Shown: positions 1 through 10,510 of the stretch, piece after piece
How the letters are laid out: every line of letters starts with the position of its first letter
Position numbering within the stretch: the stretch's first letter is position 1
NCBI GenBank assembly: GCA_042564455.1
Contig: JBHPLC010000002.1
Span: 25,017 to 89,016 of the forward strand
Direction: 5' to 3'
Length of the DNA: 64,000 nucleotides
Origin: Candidatus Zhuqueibacterota bacterium
GTDB taxonomy: Bacteria > SM23-31
Program-made: the position numbers and the translations under genes
The notes under the pieces: generated by a model
The model's input: the letters and a program-made list of their open reading frames with translations, nothing else
Told to the model about the DNA's origin: nothing
The model's database searches: none

Positions 1-1308
1 TCCGGCAAACTGAACATAAATGAAAAGATCGAGCTCCTCCCTGCCGGACAACCGCTAAAATTAAGAAGCATTCAGCGGAATAACGAATCAAAAAAAACGA
101 TCGAACCCGGGGACAGGGCTGCGTTGAATCTCAGTAATATTCAGAAAAACAAGATAAACAGAGGTGATGTAATTGCTCATTCCGGTGTTTTTATTCCTTC
201 CGTCCGGTTAAACTGCTTACTGCATTACCTGAAATCGGCTGACAAACCGTTAAAATACAGGGAAAGGATCAGGTTTCACTGCGGAACAGCCGAGGTGATC
301 GGAAGGATCGTTATACTGGACCGGGATATAATTGAACCCGGCGGCCTCTCCCCTGTCCAGATCCAGCTCGAAAAACCGGTAGTGGCTGCCGTGGATGATA
401 GATTTATTATCAGAAGCTATTCTCCGATCCTGACAATCGGCGGAGGAAAAATTCTCGAAATAAATGCTGATGCTCCCAAGAGGAACAGACCGGAAATTGC
501 CGGGCATATAAATAATATGGCCGATATGTCAACTTCAGAAAGACTCGTTTATCATGTCAGGAAAAAGAAATTTGAACCGGTCGGTTCCGGATACCTTGTT
601 TCCCAGTTCGGCCGTTCTATTGACATGATCGAAGCTGACCTGGAAAAAGAAAAGGCACTGAAAAAATTAGTCATCGAAAATAATAATCTATGGATCGATA
701 AAGCGCTGCTTACAAAATTAAAGGATAATATTCTAAATCATGTTTCAGACTTTCATAAGGAATTCCCTGAAAAACCAAATATGCCCGTAAAAGAGCTTAT
801 CAGCAGATTAAAACTGAAAATTTCCGGCGAAATTTTCAAGCATGTACTGGAAAAACTCGAAAAAGACAAGGAGATTATAATCTCCAATGAAAACATTAAA
901 CGAGGAAATTTTAAGCCTGCTGTCTCTGATAAAATGAAGGAAACAAAAAACGTTATCCTGAAACACCTCAAACAAAATAACATCGAAGGCCCCACAAAAG
1001 ATGAACTTATTAAAGACCTTGAAATATCCGAGGAAGAGGCGGTAAAAATATTAGATATACTTCTGGATGAAGACATTATCACTATTATCAATAACTCCTT
1101 TTTCTACCTCAAAGCAGAGTTGGATAAAATCGAGGAGACTATAAAAGATATAATCCGAAAGAATGAGTCACTGGGTATTGGTGAATTCAGGACTGTTCTG
1201 CAGACAAGCAGGAAATATGCACTGCCGCTGCTTAACTATTTTGACGATAGGGGATTAACTGTCAGGATAGGTGATGAAAGAGTTCTCAAAAAACTGCAGG
1301 ATCTATGA
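1..1308 (+). CDS. selB: Selenocysteine-specific translation elongation factor SelB, 5'-truncated by the window edge
   Basis: Frame 1 is open from base 1 (SGKLNINEKIELLPAGQPLKLRSIQ...), upstream of the listed 124..1308 ORF. The C-terminus has winged-helix repeats ending in RKYALPLLNYFDDRGLTVRIGDERVL, typical of the SelB SECIS-binding domain. tRNA-Sec lies 100 nt downstream. Ends in TGA at 1306-1308. Confidence 0.85.
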   Translation, partial: SGKLNINEKIELLPAGQPLKLRSIQRNNESKKTIEPGDRAALNLSNIQKNKINRGDVIAHSGVFIPSVRLNCLLHYLKSADKPLKYRERIRFHCGTAEVIGRIVILDRDIIEPGGLSPVQIQLEKPVVAAVDDRFIIRSYSPILTIGGGKILEINADAPKRNRPEIAGHINNMADMSTSERLVYHVRKKKFEPVGSGYLVSQFGRSIDMIEADLEKEKALKKLVIENNNLWIDKALLTKLKDNILNHVSDFHKEFPEKPNMPVKELISRLKLKISGEIFKHVLEKLEKDKEIIISNENIKRGNFKPAVSDKMKETKNVILKHLKQNNIEGPTKDELIKDLEISEEEAVKILDILLDEDIITIINNSFFYLKAELDKIEETIKDIIRKNESLGIGEFRTVLQTSRKYALPLLNYFDDRGLTVRIGDERVLKKLQDL

Positions 1309-1410
1309 CCTGTTTGAACTTAATATGTTACTGATCGTTATGTTCTTTTAAAAGTGTTTAAAACACCTTTAATTTAGTAAATAAATTTTGTATAATAATA
1401 CGTTGTTCAT

Positions 1411-1503
1411 GGGAGCGGTTGGAGAGCTGGTGCTTCTCACGGTCTTCAAAACCGATGTCTCTCGTTATACGGGAGAGGTGGGTTCGATTCCCACACGTTC
1501 CCG
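1411..1503 (+). tRNA. selC: tRNA-Sec (anticodon UCA)
   Basis: 93 nt. Acceptor GGGAGCG pairs with CGTTCCC. Anticodon loop is CTTCAAA (UCA). Long variable arm CTCTCG-TTATA-CGGGAG. T arm is GTGGG-TTCGATT-CCCAC. The 6-bp D stem with a 4-nt loop (TGGT) is typical of Sec tRNAs. Lies directly after selB. A TATAAT box sits at 1391-1396. Confidence 0.85.
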
Positions 1504-1509
1504 CAAAAG

Positions 1510-1540
1510 CGAAACGCCCCGATTCGGGGCGTTTTTTTAT
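1510..1540 (+). terminator. Rho-independent terminator after tRNA-Sec (repeat copy 1)
   Basis: ACGCCCC-GATT-CGGGGCGT hairpin followed by a T7 run. Near-identical copy at 3160-3190. Confidence 0.75.
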
Positions 1541-1801
1541 GTCTGAATTGTAAATTACATATCTATATGCAATAATAAAATAAATCTTATTGATTTTGAT
1601 AAAATAAACATTTATGTTTCAGTGAATGTTTTTGACAAACAAAGTATTAATTTAATAAAAATTATTAAAGTATATGATGATGACTGAGGATTGGATATAT
1701 CCGATCTAGATGCGTCGGATTCCGAAAGGATATTTGCTTTATTTTTATCGAATCCAAGATATGCAGGAATTATTACAATAAAAAAGTAGAGGAGGTTTGA
1801 A

Positions 1802-3013
1802 ATGTTAAGATACATCCCAATACCATTACTTTTCAGCGTATTTATTTTATCTATATTTGAACCTTTAAACGGTCAATCAGCAAATACAAATTCTCAATCA
1901 GATAGACAATTAGTCTCATTGATTGGCACTATTGGGGGGGATGATACAAGCGTTCCAAGCGAATTTATTTTAGCACGGCCAGTTATACCGGTAATAAAAA
2001 AGAACGGAGATATCCTTATTCCAGATGAATGTAAAATAAAGATATTTGATGCATCACTTAAACCAAAGAAAATTATTGGAGGATTAGGACAAGGTCCTGG
2101 TGAATTCGAGTTTAATCCTACATTACGTTTATCATCCAGAGGATTTCTTACCGCAAATGAAAATGCCATGAGCACAAATTATTCGCTTTTTGATGATAAT
2201 TATAAGTTTATGTTTGAGAAGAAGTTTCAAGCAAATCAATATCTGAATTCATTTCTTAGAAACAAAGGTATAGAGGGAATACGTTTATCACCCTCTGTTT
2301 ATATGTTAAATGATCATAGTATGATTAATAGTCTATCCTTTAATTTTAGGGAAAGACAATATGATTTCATTACATATGAAGATGAAAATACGTTTGTACC
2401 TGTATTGTTTTTTGAACGTGAAGGACAATTATCCTACGAGAATAGAACTATAACTGCTGCGTTTACTACTTCAAAGCGCTTTAAAATATTGTCGGATTCT
2501 ATTGTAGTATTTATTAAGAATAATTCAGATGACATAAAATATAATTCAAAAACAGAAGGCACGTATACATTACATACCTATAACTTTATAGATAATTATG
2601 ATAAAACAAACACATATACGTTCAAACCTATACACTATACAGAAGAAAGAATAAAGGAATATGCTAAACTTTATACGAGAAGAAAAGCAGACAAAAAACT
2701 TGAAGATCTAATTGAGAAAGCTTTCGAGAAACAAAAATATCACTGGCCTATAAGAAATATATACACAGACCAAAATTATATATTTGTATTTTTAGAAAGT
2801 GGGGCACTTCCCCTTAAATTGAATGTAATCGATTCCATAACCTCTGAAGTTGTATATAATGGAGAGTCACCTTTTGAGATCGATAATTTTGCCTTAGCAG
2901 ATATAAAGAATGGTAATGCATATTTAATGGGTAGAAATAATGATGGATTTATGCAATATCGTGTGTATAAAATCAACCCTACGGTATACGGCTTACCTAA
3001 AGATCTTGAATAA
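1802..3013 (+). CDS. Secreted hypothetical protein, possibly of the 6-bladed beta-propeller (NHL-like) family
   Basis: 403 aa. Strong RBS (GAGGAGG) 7 nt upstream. N-terminal signal peptide (LLFSVFILSIFEPLNGQ). GLGQGPGEFEF motif resembles the G-x-GPGEF blade motif of Bacteroides-type 6-bladed propeller lipoproteins. Visibly more AT-rich than its neighbours. Confidence 0.5.
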   Translation: MLRYIPIPLLFSVFILSIFEPLNGQSANTNSQSDRQLVSLIGTIGGDDTSVPSEFILARPVIPVIKKNGDILIPDECKIKIFDASLKPKKIIGGLGQGPGEFEFNPTLRLSSRGFLTANENAMSTNYSLFDDNYKFMFEKKFQANQYLNSFLRNKGIEGIRLSPSVYMLNDHSMINSLSFNFRERQYDFITYEDENTFVPVLFFEREGQLSYENRTITAAFTTSKRFKILSDSIVVFIKNNSDDIKYNSKTEGTYTLHTYNFIDNYDKTNTYTFKPIHYTEERIKEYAKLYTRRKADKKLEDLIEKAFEKQKYHWPIRNIYTDQNYIFVFLESGALPLKLNVIDSITSEVVYNGESPFEIDNFALADIKNGNAYLMGRNNDGFMQYRVYKINPTVYGLPKDLE

Positions 3014-3122
3014 AAAAGAACTTTATGGGAAAATAATATGGTTTGTAATAAAGATCTATAGGGTGGTGGTTCAGAACAAGTTGGATTAAATATAATTAAG
3101 AAATATCGTCTATAATCAACTT

Positions 3123-3146
3123 AAAAGTTCGTAAAGCGTAACACAC
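3123..3146. repeat. 24-nt direct repeat AAAAGTTCGTAAAGCGTAACACAC, copy 1
   Basis: Exact copy at 6277-6300. Here it is followed 13 nt later by the second copy of the terminator hairpin. Confidence 0.8.
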
Positions 3147-3159
3147 TTTCCAGCAACTA

Positions 3160-3190
3160 CGAAACGCCCCAATTCGGGGCGTTTTTTTGT
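3160..3190 (+). terminator. Rho-independent terminator (repeat copy 2)
   Basis: CGAAACGCCCCAATTCGGGGCGTTTTTTT differs at one base from 1510-1538. Lies between convergent genes 1802-3013 (+) and 3213-5807 (-). Confidence 0.7.
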
Positions 3191-3212
3191 GAAGAATGGG
3201 ATGTTTTAGATT

Positions 3213-5807
3213 CTATTCATATTGGATCGATCTGACCGGATTTGCACGTGCTGCCCGTATGGTTTTACTGCATACTGTAATTGCAGGCAGGATCAACACT
3301 ATTAAAGCTGAAAACAGGAACAGTTCAATGCCTACATCCGCTGTATATGCGAAATTCTGCAGCCATTTATTCATCAACAGGTAAGCTGCGGGCAGGGCAA
3401 CGATATTAGCCAGAAGAATGCTGCGTATAAAGTCCCGGGATAACAGCCGTATGACGGTCAGAGAATCAGCACCCAGAATTTTCCGGATCCCGATCTCTTT
3501 TGAGCGCATTTCTGTTGTATAGGAGATCAGCCCGAACAAACCGAGGCAGGCAATAAAAATGGCAAGCAAAGAAAACCATGTAAATACCGTCCCGAATTTC
3601 TGATCAGCCCTGTAGGTGTTACTGAATGAATCATCCAGAAAATAATAACTGAAAGGATAAGAAGGATCAAAGGCTTCAATTGTCTCCCCGATAAACTTAA
3701 TCGAGCTTTGAATATCACCGGGAGAGATTTTCACAAATATCTCTCTGACAACGCCGGGATCAAGGAAAAGATAAAGCGGTTCTATAGAATCGTACAGGGG
3801 CTGAAAATGAAAATCCTTAATGATCCCCACAACCATGCCTTTTTTTCCCCTGTGGTCACATTCTCTGCCGATTGGCGATTCCCAGCCGAGGGTCCTGACA
3901 GCCGTCTGATTCAGAAGGAATGCTCCGTTCCTGTCAGACAACATTTCCTTAGAGAAACTTCTCCCTTCAAGAATTTTAATTTCAAAGAGATCTACAAAAT
4001 CGAAATCGACTGCGGCATTTCGGATCGATACTCTTTCATCGTCCTTTGACTGAAATGAACCGCCCCACGTAATTCTGCTCGGAATATGGGTGCATGATGC
4101 GACAGACAGTATGGAAGGATCTTTCAGGAGTTCTGTTTTGAGTGCTTCGATATTATTTCGGATATTGGGACTGCTGATCGGTGTTACTAAGACCTGTTCC
4201 CTGTTATACCCTACATCCGTATTCCTGATAAAATACAGTTGTTTACCGATGATCAGAGTCCCGGTGATAAGTATGATCGATATAATGAACTGAAACACAA
4301 CCAGAGTATTTCTCAGCCCGGTTTTTCCTGTCAGCCGGTTCGAAAGTCCCTTCAACACTGCAACCGGGCGGTAAGCCGATACATACAGCGCAGGATACAA
4401 TCCTGACAGGAAACCAATAATCCCGGTCAGTAAAATCAATCCCGGAAGCAGGGAATCCTCTCCCCAAAGACTGAAAGTAATTTCACGCTCTGTAAAAAGA
4501 TTGAAATCCGGCAGAATAAGAGCAGTCAGTATAACGGCTAAAATGAGAGAGATCGAACATATAATAAATGACTCAAAAAGGAACTGCTTAACAAGCTGTA
4601 TCCTGACCGCCCCTACGGCCTTTCGCACTCCGATCTCTTTGGCACGTTTCGACGCAAATGCGGTTGCAAGATTGATAAAATTCAGACACGCTATTATTAA
4701 AAGAACAAAGGCTATCAGGAAGAAAAAATAGACATATCTCATTTCGCTGTTTTTTGATATTTCAAAAGTAACTTGCGATTTCAAATGTATATCGGAAACA
4801 GGCATCAATGCATACTTTACATTCGATCCGGACTGATATTTATCCACGATCTGCGACAATTTTCCTTCAAGTTCCCTGCTGTCCGCATCATCCCTGATCT
4901 CTATATAAGTTGTAAAATCACTTCCGGACCATGTTGTCCCGAAATTATCCGATCCGTACCGGATATTAAGTGATGACATAGACAGAAGAAAATCGAACTG
5001 CAAATGAGAATTACCCGGGATTTCCTTAATAATTCCTGTAATCTCTGCTGCATATTCATTCCTGTCAATGATAATAATTGTTTTTCCAAGCGGATCCTCA
5101 CCCCCAAAGTATTTTTGGGCAAGTTTCTCGGTGATAACTAACGAGAAAGGATCAGTCAATGCTGTATTTATATCCCCCCGCATTAAATTGTATGAAAATA
5201 TATCGAAGAAACTGTCATCAACAAAAAAACCTCTTTCAATGAACTGATCATTGTTATGCTTAAACGCAATCGTATATTCATCTCTATGCTCAATTCTGAC
5301 AGCATGAATTACTTCGGGAAATTCACTTTTGAGTGCAGAACCAAGAGGACCGTATGTTATCACCGAGGCATTAGCAACTTTTTGCCTTGTCTGTGCGTCC
5401 TCATCTGGGAATAAGCGCTGTACTCTGAAGATATTGTCTGCGTTCTCAAAAAATGTATCATAGCTGAGTTCGTATTTTACAAAAAGCATGAGAATGATAA
5501 AGCCGGTCATACCGACAGTAAGCCCGGCAATGTTCAGAAACGAATATCCTTTGTATCTTTTCAGGTTCCTGAGTGCGATTTTCAGATAGTTTCTTAACAT
5601 GATCATGCTCCATATAAAGTTGTTTTTAATAAACTTTGGCAGGGAAATAATGATTTGAAAAATATACCAGACATATCCGGCCGGTCTGCCCTTTGTTTGC
5701 ACTATAGCAAGATATTGTTCTTCAAAATCGCCCAGGATCGCCTCTTGATTTTCATACCTGAGGCATCCTGTCAATATCCATTCTAAAAATTTCGGCGGTG
5801 TTTTCAT
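3213..5807 (-). CDS. ABC transporter permease, duplicated FtsX/MacB type with an N-terminal prefix domain
   Basis: 864 aa. LRNYLKIALRNLKRYKGYSFLNIAGLTVGM is the typical first TM of MacB/FtsX permeases. Two FtsX-like 4-TM blocks are each followed by the motif KEIGVRKAVGA or KEIGIRKILGA. It follows a PadR gene, a common arrangement. Confidence 0.85.
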   Translation of the reverse strand: MKTPPKFLEWILTGCLRYENQEAILGDFEEQYLAIVQTKGRPAGYVWYIFQIIISLPKFIKNNFIWSMIMLRNYLKIALRNLKRYKGYSFLNIAGLTVGMTGFIILMLFVKYELSYDTFFENADNIFRVQRLFPDEDAQTRQKVANASVITYGPLGSALKSEFPEVIHAVRIEHRDEYTIAFKHNNDQFIERGFFVDDSFFDIFSYNLMRGDINTALTDPFSLVITEKLAQKYFGGEDPLGKTIIIIDRNEYAAEITGIIKEIPGNSHLQFDFLLSMSSLNIRYGSDNFGTTWSGSDFTTYIEIRDDADSRELEGKLSQIVDKYQSGSNVKYALMPVSDIHLKSQVTFEISKNSEMRYVYFFFLIAFVLLIIACLNFINLATAFASKRAKEIGVRKAVGAVRIQLVKQFLFESFIICSISLILAVILTALILPDFNLFTEREITFSLWGEDSLLPGLILLTGIIGFLSGLYPALYVSAYRPVAVLKGLSNRLTGKTGLRNTLVVFQFIISIILITGTLIIGKQLYFIRNTDVGYNREQVLVTPISSPNIRNNIEALKTELLKDPSILSVASCTHIPSRITWGGSFQSKDDERVSIRNAAVDFDFVDLFEIKILEGRSFSKEMLSDRNGAFLLNQTAVRTLGWESPIGRECDHRGKKGMVVGIIKDFHFQPLYDSIEPLYLFLDPGVVREIFVKISPGDIQSSIKFIGETIEAFDPSYPFSYYFLDDSFSNTYRADQKFGTVFTWFSLLAIFIACLGLFGLISYTTEMRSKEIGIRKILGADSLTVIRLLSRDFIRSILLANIVALPAAYLLMNKWLQNFAYTADVGIELFLFSALIVLILPAITVCSKTIRAARANPVRSIQYE

Positions 5808-5812
5808 GTGTC

Positions 5813-6148
5813 TTAATCTTCAAATTTCAATTCAGGGAGATCAGACCAGATCAATTCATGGACCTGATTTATTTCCTGCAGAGCTGCGTAACCCTTTTTT
5901 GTTATTTTATATATCCTTTTTCTTCTGCCGCCCCGCTCTTTCATCGATTCTCCCATGGTACTGTTCACATATGTTCCCCTTGTCAATCTGTCGAGAACGT
6001 CGTAGATCGCTCCGATCGACCAGTATTTCTTCGATAACCGGATAACCTCTTCCCGTATTGTCACACCGTAAGCATTCTCACCAAGCCTCCATATGGTGAG
6101 CATTATCATTTCTTCTTTTCGTGAAAGATACCTCATAGTAACCCTCAA
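5813..6148 (-). CDS. PadR family transcriptional regulator
   Basis: 111 aa. Winged-helix pattern (LTIWRLGENAYGVTIREEV...IGAIYDVLDRLTRGTYV...GGRRKRIYKITKKG). Its stop lies 5 nt upstream of the permease start. Confidence 0.85.
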   Translation of the reverse strand: MRVTMRYLSRKEEMIMLTIWRLGENAYGVTIREEVIRLSKKYWSIGAIYDVLDRLTRGTYVNSTMGESMKERGGRRKRIYKITKKGYAALQEINQVHELIWSDLPELKFED

Positions 6149-6276
6149 TTTTGAATGTTTTTCTGTAATACAGAATAACTATATACATATACAGCAGACC
6201 GGTTCATTTTGTTTCAGAATATTTTCGGATCGGGTAATTTTATACTTGAAATTTATTATTGTTTTACTGATATTCC

Positions 6277-6300
6277 AAAAGTTCGTAAAGCGTAACACAC
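6277..6300. repeat. 24-nt direct repeat, copy 2
   Basis: Exact match to 3123-3146. Followed by ACGCCCCCGCTATGTTTTTT, which may be a degenerate remnant of the terminator element. Confidence 0.8.
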
Positions 6301-6402
6301 GCCCCCGCTATGTTTTTTGAATACGCCTGATCTTTCTTTGTATAAATTATAAACACACCATAATACCAATCAATATATTTTAATCAATTCAGGAGTAATA
6401 AA

Positions 6403-8493
6403 ATGAGATTTAAATCATTGTTACTGTTTTTTGTTTTAATGTTTTTCATTACAGGTTCGGTATACGGTCAGATCACTCCCTGGCAGCCATGGACTTTACT
6501 TCCGGAGAAAATGGTAGATGAACTCATCGGTGAAATTTCCGGCGAAACTACAATGAACCATGCAATTGAAATGGGAGCTTACAACCACAACAGACCCGCA
6601 AGTGAGTATTCCGGAAATTTCTGGGAAACCGAGTACGTTTATTCCAAACTCGTGGAATACGGACTTCCCGGCGCTCAGGTAGTACGGTTCCCCGGAGGAT
6701 CAACATGGGACGGTATCAGGGGTGAATTATGGGAAGTAACACCCAACCGCCGGAAATTAGCAGATTATGACGATATGACAGCGATGCTGGCATCAGGAAG
6801 CAGCAATACAAATGTTACTGCGGAACTGGTCTGGATCGGCAGAGGTTCACCCGCCGAGATGGAACAAGCAGACGTTGAGGGTAAGATCGTAGTTACAGAA
6901 GGCAGTATAAGCAGAGCTCATAGTACTGCCTGCGGACAAATGGGCGCTCTCGGAGTAATAGCAATAAGTACATCAAGGCCGTATCTTGACCCGATCCAGA
7001 TCCCTATATCAGGCATCGGGGGAAGAGGACGAGGCGGCGGCGCGAGTCAGGCCAAATTCGGATTTCACATGACAGCCCGAGATGGTGAACTATTGAAAAA
7101 CAGGTTATTGGGAGGTGAAAGAATAACCGTACATGCGCTTGTAGAATCACAAACACTCGATTATGAAGTACAGATACCGACATGTTACGTTCCCGGCACA
7201 GATCCAAATGGAGATGAGATCATTTTCACCGCACATCTTTTTGAAGGATATGTAAAGCAGGGAGCTAACGATGATATTTCAGGATGCGCTGTGATTCTGG
7301 AAGTTGCCCGTGCACTTAATACACTGTACAATGAGGGCCGTTTGCCGAGACCGAAAAGGACACTAAGGTTTATCTGGGCCCCGGAAATTTCCGGCACCAG
7401 GTTATGGGTTAACGATAATTTGAACATAATGGCACGCACTCTTTGCAATATAAACCTGGATATGGTGGGATCGCATTTGTCAAAGAATTTTTCATTCTAC
7501 TGCCTGATGCGCACTACTTTCGGGAATCCGCACTATATTAACGATGTTATTGAAAACTATATGCGTTACGTCGGCCAGACCAACCGTGAGATACTTCAGA
7601 ACCGCGGTTTTGCAAAAATGCTCAAACCTGTAGTTGCTCCTACTGGTTCGATCGAACCATTCTATTATTCTATTGAAACAAATTACGGTTCTTCAGACCA
7701 TACGGTATTTAATGCTATCAGTGTCGGAGTTCCCGCTGTTATGTTCATAACATGGCCCGATCAGACTTATCATACGTCCAGCGACCGAACTTCCTGGATG
7801 GATGCCACACAGCTGAAACGTTCAGGATTCTTAGCTGCAGTCTCAGCATATAATGTGGCTATGGCTGAGGATGATATGGCCATGACAATTGCAGGTGAAG
7901 TAACAAGCAATGGTACAAGAAGAATCGGCCACCAGCTTGCAAGAGGTGTTTTTGAACTGGGGAATGCTGATGCTGCAAATTTTGAGAGTACATATAGAAA
8001 AGTAAGAGGATTTATTGAAGCTGTGGCACAGAGTGAAAAAGCAACCATTGCCACTACTCTGGAATTAGCTACGAATAAATCAGCTGCAGAAGATCATGTT
8101 AAAGAGCTTCAGAGATCGATTGACAATGTCAAAGAAGGCAATTTAATAGCAATCGATTCTCAAATGAAGGTTTTTGCAAGAAAGATCAATGTTGATCCGG
8201 TTGAACTTGAAATGACCGACCTTGAGAAGGAAGCTTCAAAAATGATCCCGGTTCCAAATGAAACTCTTAAAAGTTACGGCAGGAATTCCCTTCGTGATTT
8301 AGGTGAAAGAGCCGCTGATTTCCCGACAGGAGGAGTAAATACTTCGGAGCTCAATCTCCTGATAAACGGTGTTAACAGCGCCCTGGACATAAAGAAAATG
8401 CTCGATGTCCAGTATAATAGATTATCAGACCTGCAGGGAGTAATGAACCATATTGAAATACTCAAATTGCTCAATATGGTTGAAATGAAATAA
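6403..8493 (+). CDS. Secreted M28-family metallopeptidase with a PA (protease-associated) domain
   Basis: 696 aa with a signal peptide. PA-like insert (ELVWIGRGSPAEMEQADVEGKIVVTEGS). M28 metal-ligand motifs: HLFEGY...GANDDISGCAVILEVARAL, NLDMVG, GSSDHTVF, TYHTSSD. Paralog of 20065-22125. Confidence 0.7.
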   Translation: MRFKSLLLFFVLMFFITGSVYGQITPWQPWTLLPEKMVDELIGEISGETTMNHAIEMGAYNHNRPASEYSGNFWETEYVYSKLVEYGLPGAQVVRFPGGSTWDGIRGELWEVTPNRRKLADYDDMTAMLASGSSNTNVTAELVWIGRGSPAEMEQADVEGKIVVTEGSISRAHSTACGQMGALGVIAISTSRPYLDPIQIPISGIGGRGRGGGASQAKFGFHMTARDGELLKNRLLGGERITVHALVESQTLDYEVQIPTCYVPGTDPNGDEIIFTAHLFEGYVKQGANDDISGCAVILEVARALNTLYNEGRLPRPKRTLRFIWAPEISGTRLWVNDNLNIMARTLCNINLDMVGSHLSKNFSFYCLMRTTFGNPHYINDVIENYMRYVGQTNREILQNRGFAKMLKPVVAPTGSIEPFYYSIETNYGSSDHTVFNAISVGVPAVMFITWPDQTYHTSSDRTSWMDATQLKRSGFLAAVSAYNVAMAEDDMAMTIAGEVTSNGTRRIGHQLARGVFELGNADAANFESTYRKVRGFIEAVAQSEKATIATTLELATNKSAAEDHVKELQRSIDNVKEGNLIAIDSQMKVFARKINVDPVELEMTDLEKEASKMIPVPNETLKSYGRNSLRDLGERAADFPTGGVNTSELNLLINGVNSALDIKKMLDVQYNRLSDLQGVMNHIEILKLLNMVEMK

Positions 8494-8510
8494 ATGCATA
8501 TTACATTCAT

Positions 8511-8543
8511 AAAAAAGGCGGGAAAATATCCCGCCTTTTTTTG
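8511..8543. terminator. Bidirectional rho-independent terminator
   Basis: A6-GGCGGG-AAAATAT-CCCGCC-T7, between a convergent peptidase (+) and ferredoxin (-). Confidence 0.75.
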
Positions 8544-8561
8544 TTTTATATTAATATTGTA

Positions 8562-8894
8562 TCAGTCCTTAGCGATCGAGGGATCCCAGTCCGGACCATG
8601 CTGAACATCATCCTTGCTCGTGACCGGTTCGTTGTTGTCATAATCGAATTTATAGTTCAGGTCGATATAATACTGGGCATCATGTTTTGCATTGGTTTCA
8701 TCATAATCCGGTCCTTCCTCTTCCACAAAAATCGCATCTACCGGGCATTCAGGTTTGCAGGCATCACAATCGATACATTCGTCCGGATTAATATACAATG
8801 AGACCTCATCCTGATAAAAACAGTCAACAGGACAGACTTCGACACAATCACCGTATTTACAATTATGACACGGTTCTCCTACTATATAAGACAT
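8562..8894 (-). CDS. 7Fe-type ferredoxin ([3Fe-4S][4Fe-4S], FdxA-like)
   Basis: 110 aa. [18 protein letters not shown] and [16 protein letters not shown] cluster motifs; the N-terminus MSYIVGEPC is typical of FdxA-type ferredoxins. Lies 108 nt downstream of nuoN on the same strand. Confidence 0.85.
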   Translation of the reverse strand: MSYIVGEPCHNCKYGDCVEVCPVDCFYQDEVSLYINPDECIDCDACKPECPVDAIFVEEEGPDYDETNAKHDAQYYIDLNYKFDYDNNEPVTSKDDVQHGPDWDPSIAKD

Positions 8895-9002
8895 TGTTTT
8901 CCTCTGTTTTTATTTAACCAAATTTAACATTCAGATTCTTATCTGAATATTCTGATCATATAGAAATAACAAAAGAATTAGCAGGAAGATTCCAAGATAG
9001 AA

Positions 9003-10493
9003 CTATTTTAATGTTATCAGGAAATTGATCCCAAATGTTGTCCATTCCCTGAGCGGGGTCCAGAACAACCCGAAATAAACAGTAGGTATAAGAAGAATGG
9101 TTACTAAGGCGAAATGGATCTTTGAAACGTTCACTGCTGAAGTATCACCGCTTGTATTTTCTGTCAGGTACATAGCCTTAGCGATTCTAAAATAATAATA
9201 CAAAGACACGACAGCGTTTAATGCCCCGATAATGACCAGCCAGTATATCTTGCTTTCGATGACAGCTGCGAATATCAGCATTTTTCCGATAAATCCTGCT
9301 GTCGGGGGCAGTCCCGTTAATGACACAAGAAAGACTGTCATAGCAAACGCCATATACGGTGCACGCGAAGCAAGACCATTATATTTATCAATATTTTCAC
9401 TCTTCAATTTAAGAGCAATTCCGTCAACTACAATAAATGCTCCGAAATTCATAAACATATAGACTATAACATAAAACAGGATGGCATTCATTCCCTGACC
9501 ATTGAACATGGCAAAACCCATCATAATATAACCGGCATGAGCGATACTGGAGTATGCCAACAGCCTTTTTATGTTCTTTTGACCAAGTGCTGCAAGATTT
9601 CCGACCGTCATGGTAATGGCTGAAAGTACGGCAATAAGAAAAGGTAATTCAATATCGCCTGCAGGCATCCAGAACAAACCTCCCTTATCTACCTGACTTG
9701 ATAATCCGCCAAAAAGAAATCGCGCAAGCAATGCTATACCTGCAACTTTCGGCCCTACTGAAAAGAATGTCGTTATTGGAGTAGGAGCACCTTCATATAC
9801 ATCCGGACACCAGAAATGAAACGGGACCATTGCGATCTTGTATCCGATACCGGCCAAAATAAATAGCACCGCGACAAAAAGTGTGGAATTCTGGAACAGA
9901 CCTGTCAAAAGAACACCACGGATTGAATAAAGGTTAACCTGACCGGTTAATCCATACAGGTAGGAAAAACCAAAAAGCATTATTCCGGTTGATACAGCAC
10001 CATAAAGCATATATTTAAGAGAGGCCTCACTCGCCCGCATTTCGGATCGTCGATAACCGGCAAGAACATAACAGCATATACCTACAAGTTCAAGTGAAAG
10101 AATAATTGATGCAATATGAATCGAAGAAGTCATCAAAACCATTCCAAGCGTAGTCGCCAGTATCAATGTATAATACTCCCCGCTCTTCTTAAATGTAACC
10201 ATCGACAATATGACTATTATTGCAGACGAAAGAGGCAGGAATATTCTGAAAAATACACTGAATTGATCTATAACCAGCATGTTATAGAATACTGTTTTAT
10301 CTGCTGTCCCAATCTGACTGAGTGCAAATACCATGGTCAGGATCAGACCGGCAAAACTCACATACGGTGTCAGGCTCATCTTACTTAATTTTGGGATCAG
10401 ATCAATGACCAGAACAACAAGAATAAATACCGTCAGAATGATCTCAGGGTATATATAAGATAAATCTCTTAAAATTATATTAGAAGTTCCCAT
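9003..10493 (-). CDS. nuoN: NADH-quinone oxidoreductase subunit N
   Basis: 496 aa polytopic antiporter-like subunit. LLAYSSIAHAGYIM motif. Last gene of a colinear nuoA-N cluster. Confidence 0.9.
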   Translation of the reverse strand: MGTSNIILRDLSYIYPEIILTVFILVVLVIDLIPKLSKMSLTPYVSFAGLILTMVFALSQIGTADKTVFYNMLVIDQFSVFFRIFLPLSSAIIVILSMVTFKKSGEYYTLILATTLGMVLMTSSIHIASIILSLELVGICCYVLAGYRRSEMRASEASLKYMLYGAVSTGIMLFGFSYLYGLTGQVNLYSIRGVLLTGLFQNSTLFVAVLFILAGIGYKIAMVPFHFWCPDVYEGAPTPITTFFSVGPKVAGIALLARFLFGGLSSQVDKGGLFWMPAGDIELPFLIAVLSAITMTVGNLAALGQKNIKRLLAYSSIAHAGYIMMGFAMFNGQGMNAILFYVIVYMFMNFGAFIVVDGIALKLKSENIDKYNGLASRAPYMAFAMTVFLVSLTGLPPTAGFIGKMLIFAAVIESKIYWLVIIGALNAVVSLYYYFRIAKAMYLTENTSGDTSAVNVSKIHFALVTILLIPTVYFGLFWTPLREWTTFGINFLITLK

Positions 10494-10510
10494 CTTTTTA
10501 GTGCCTTACA

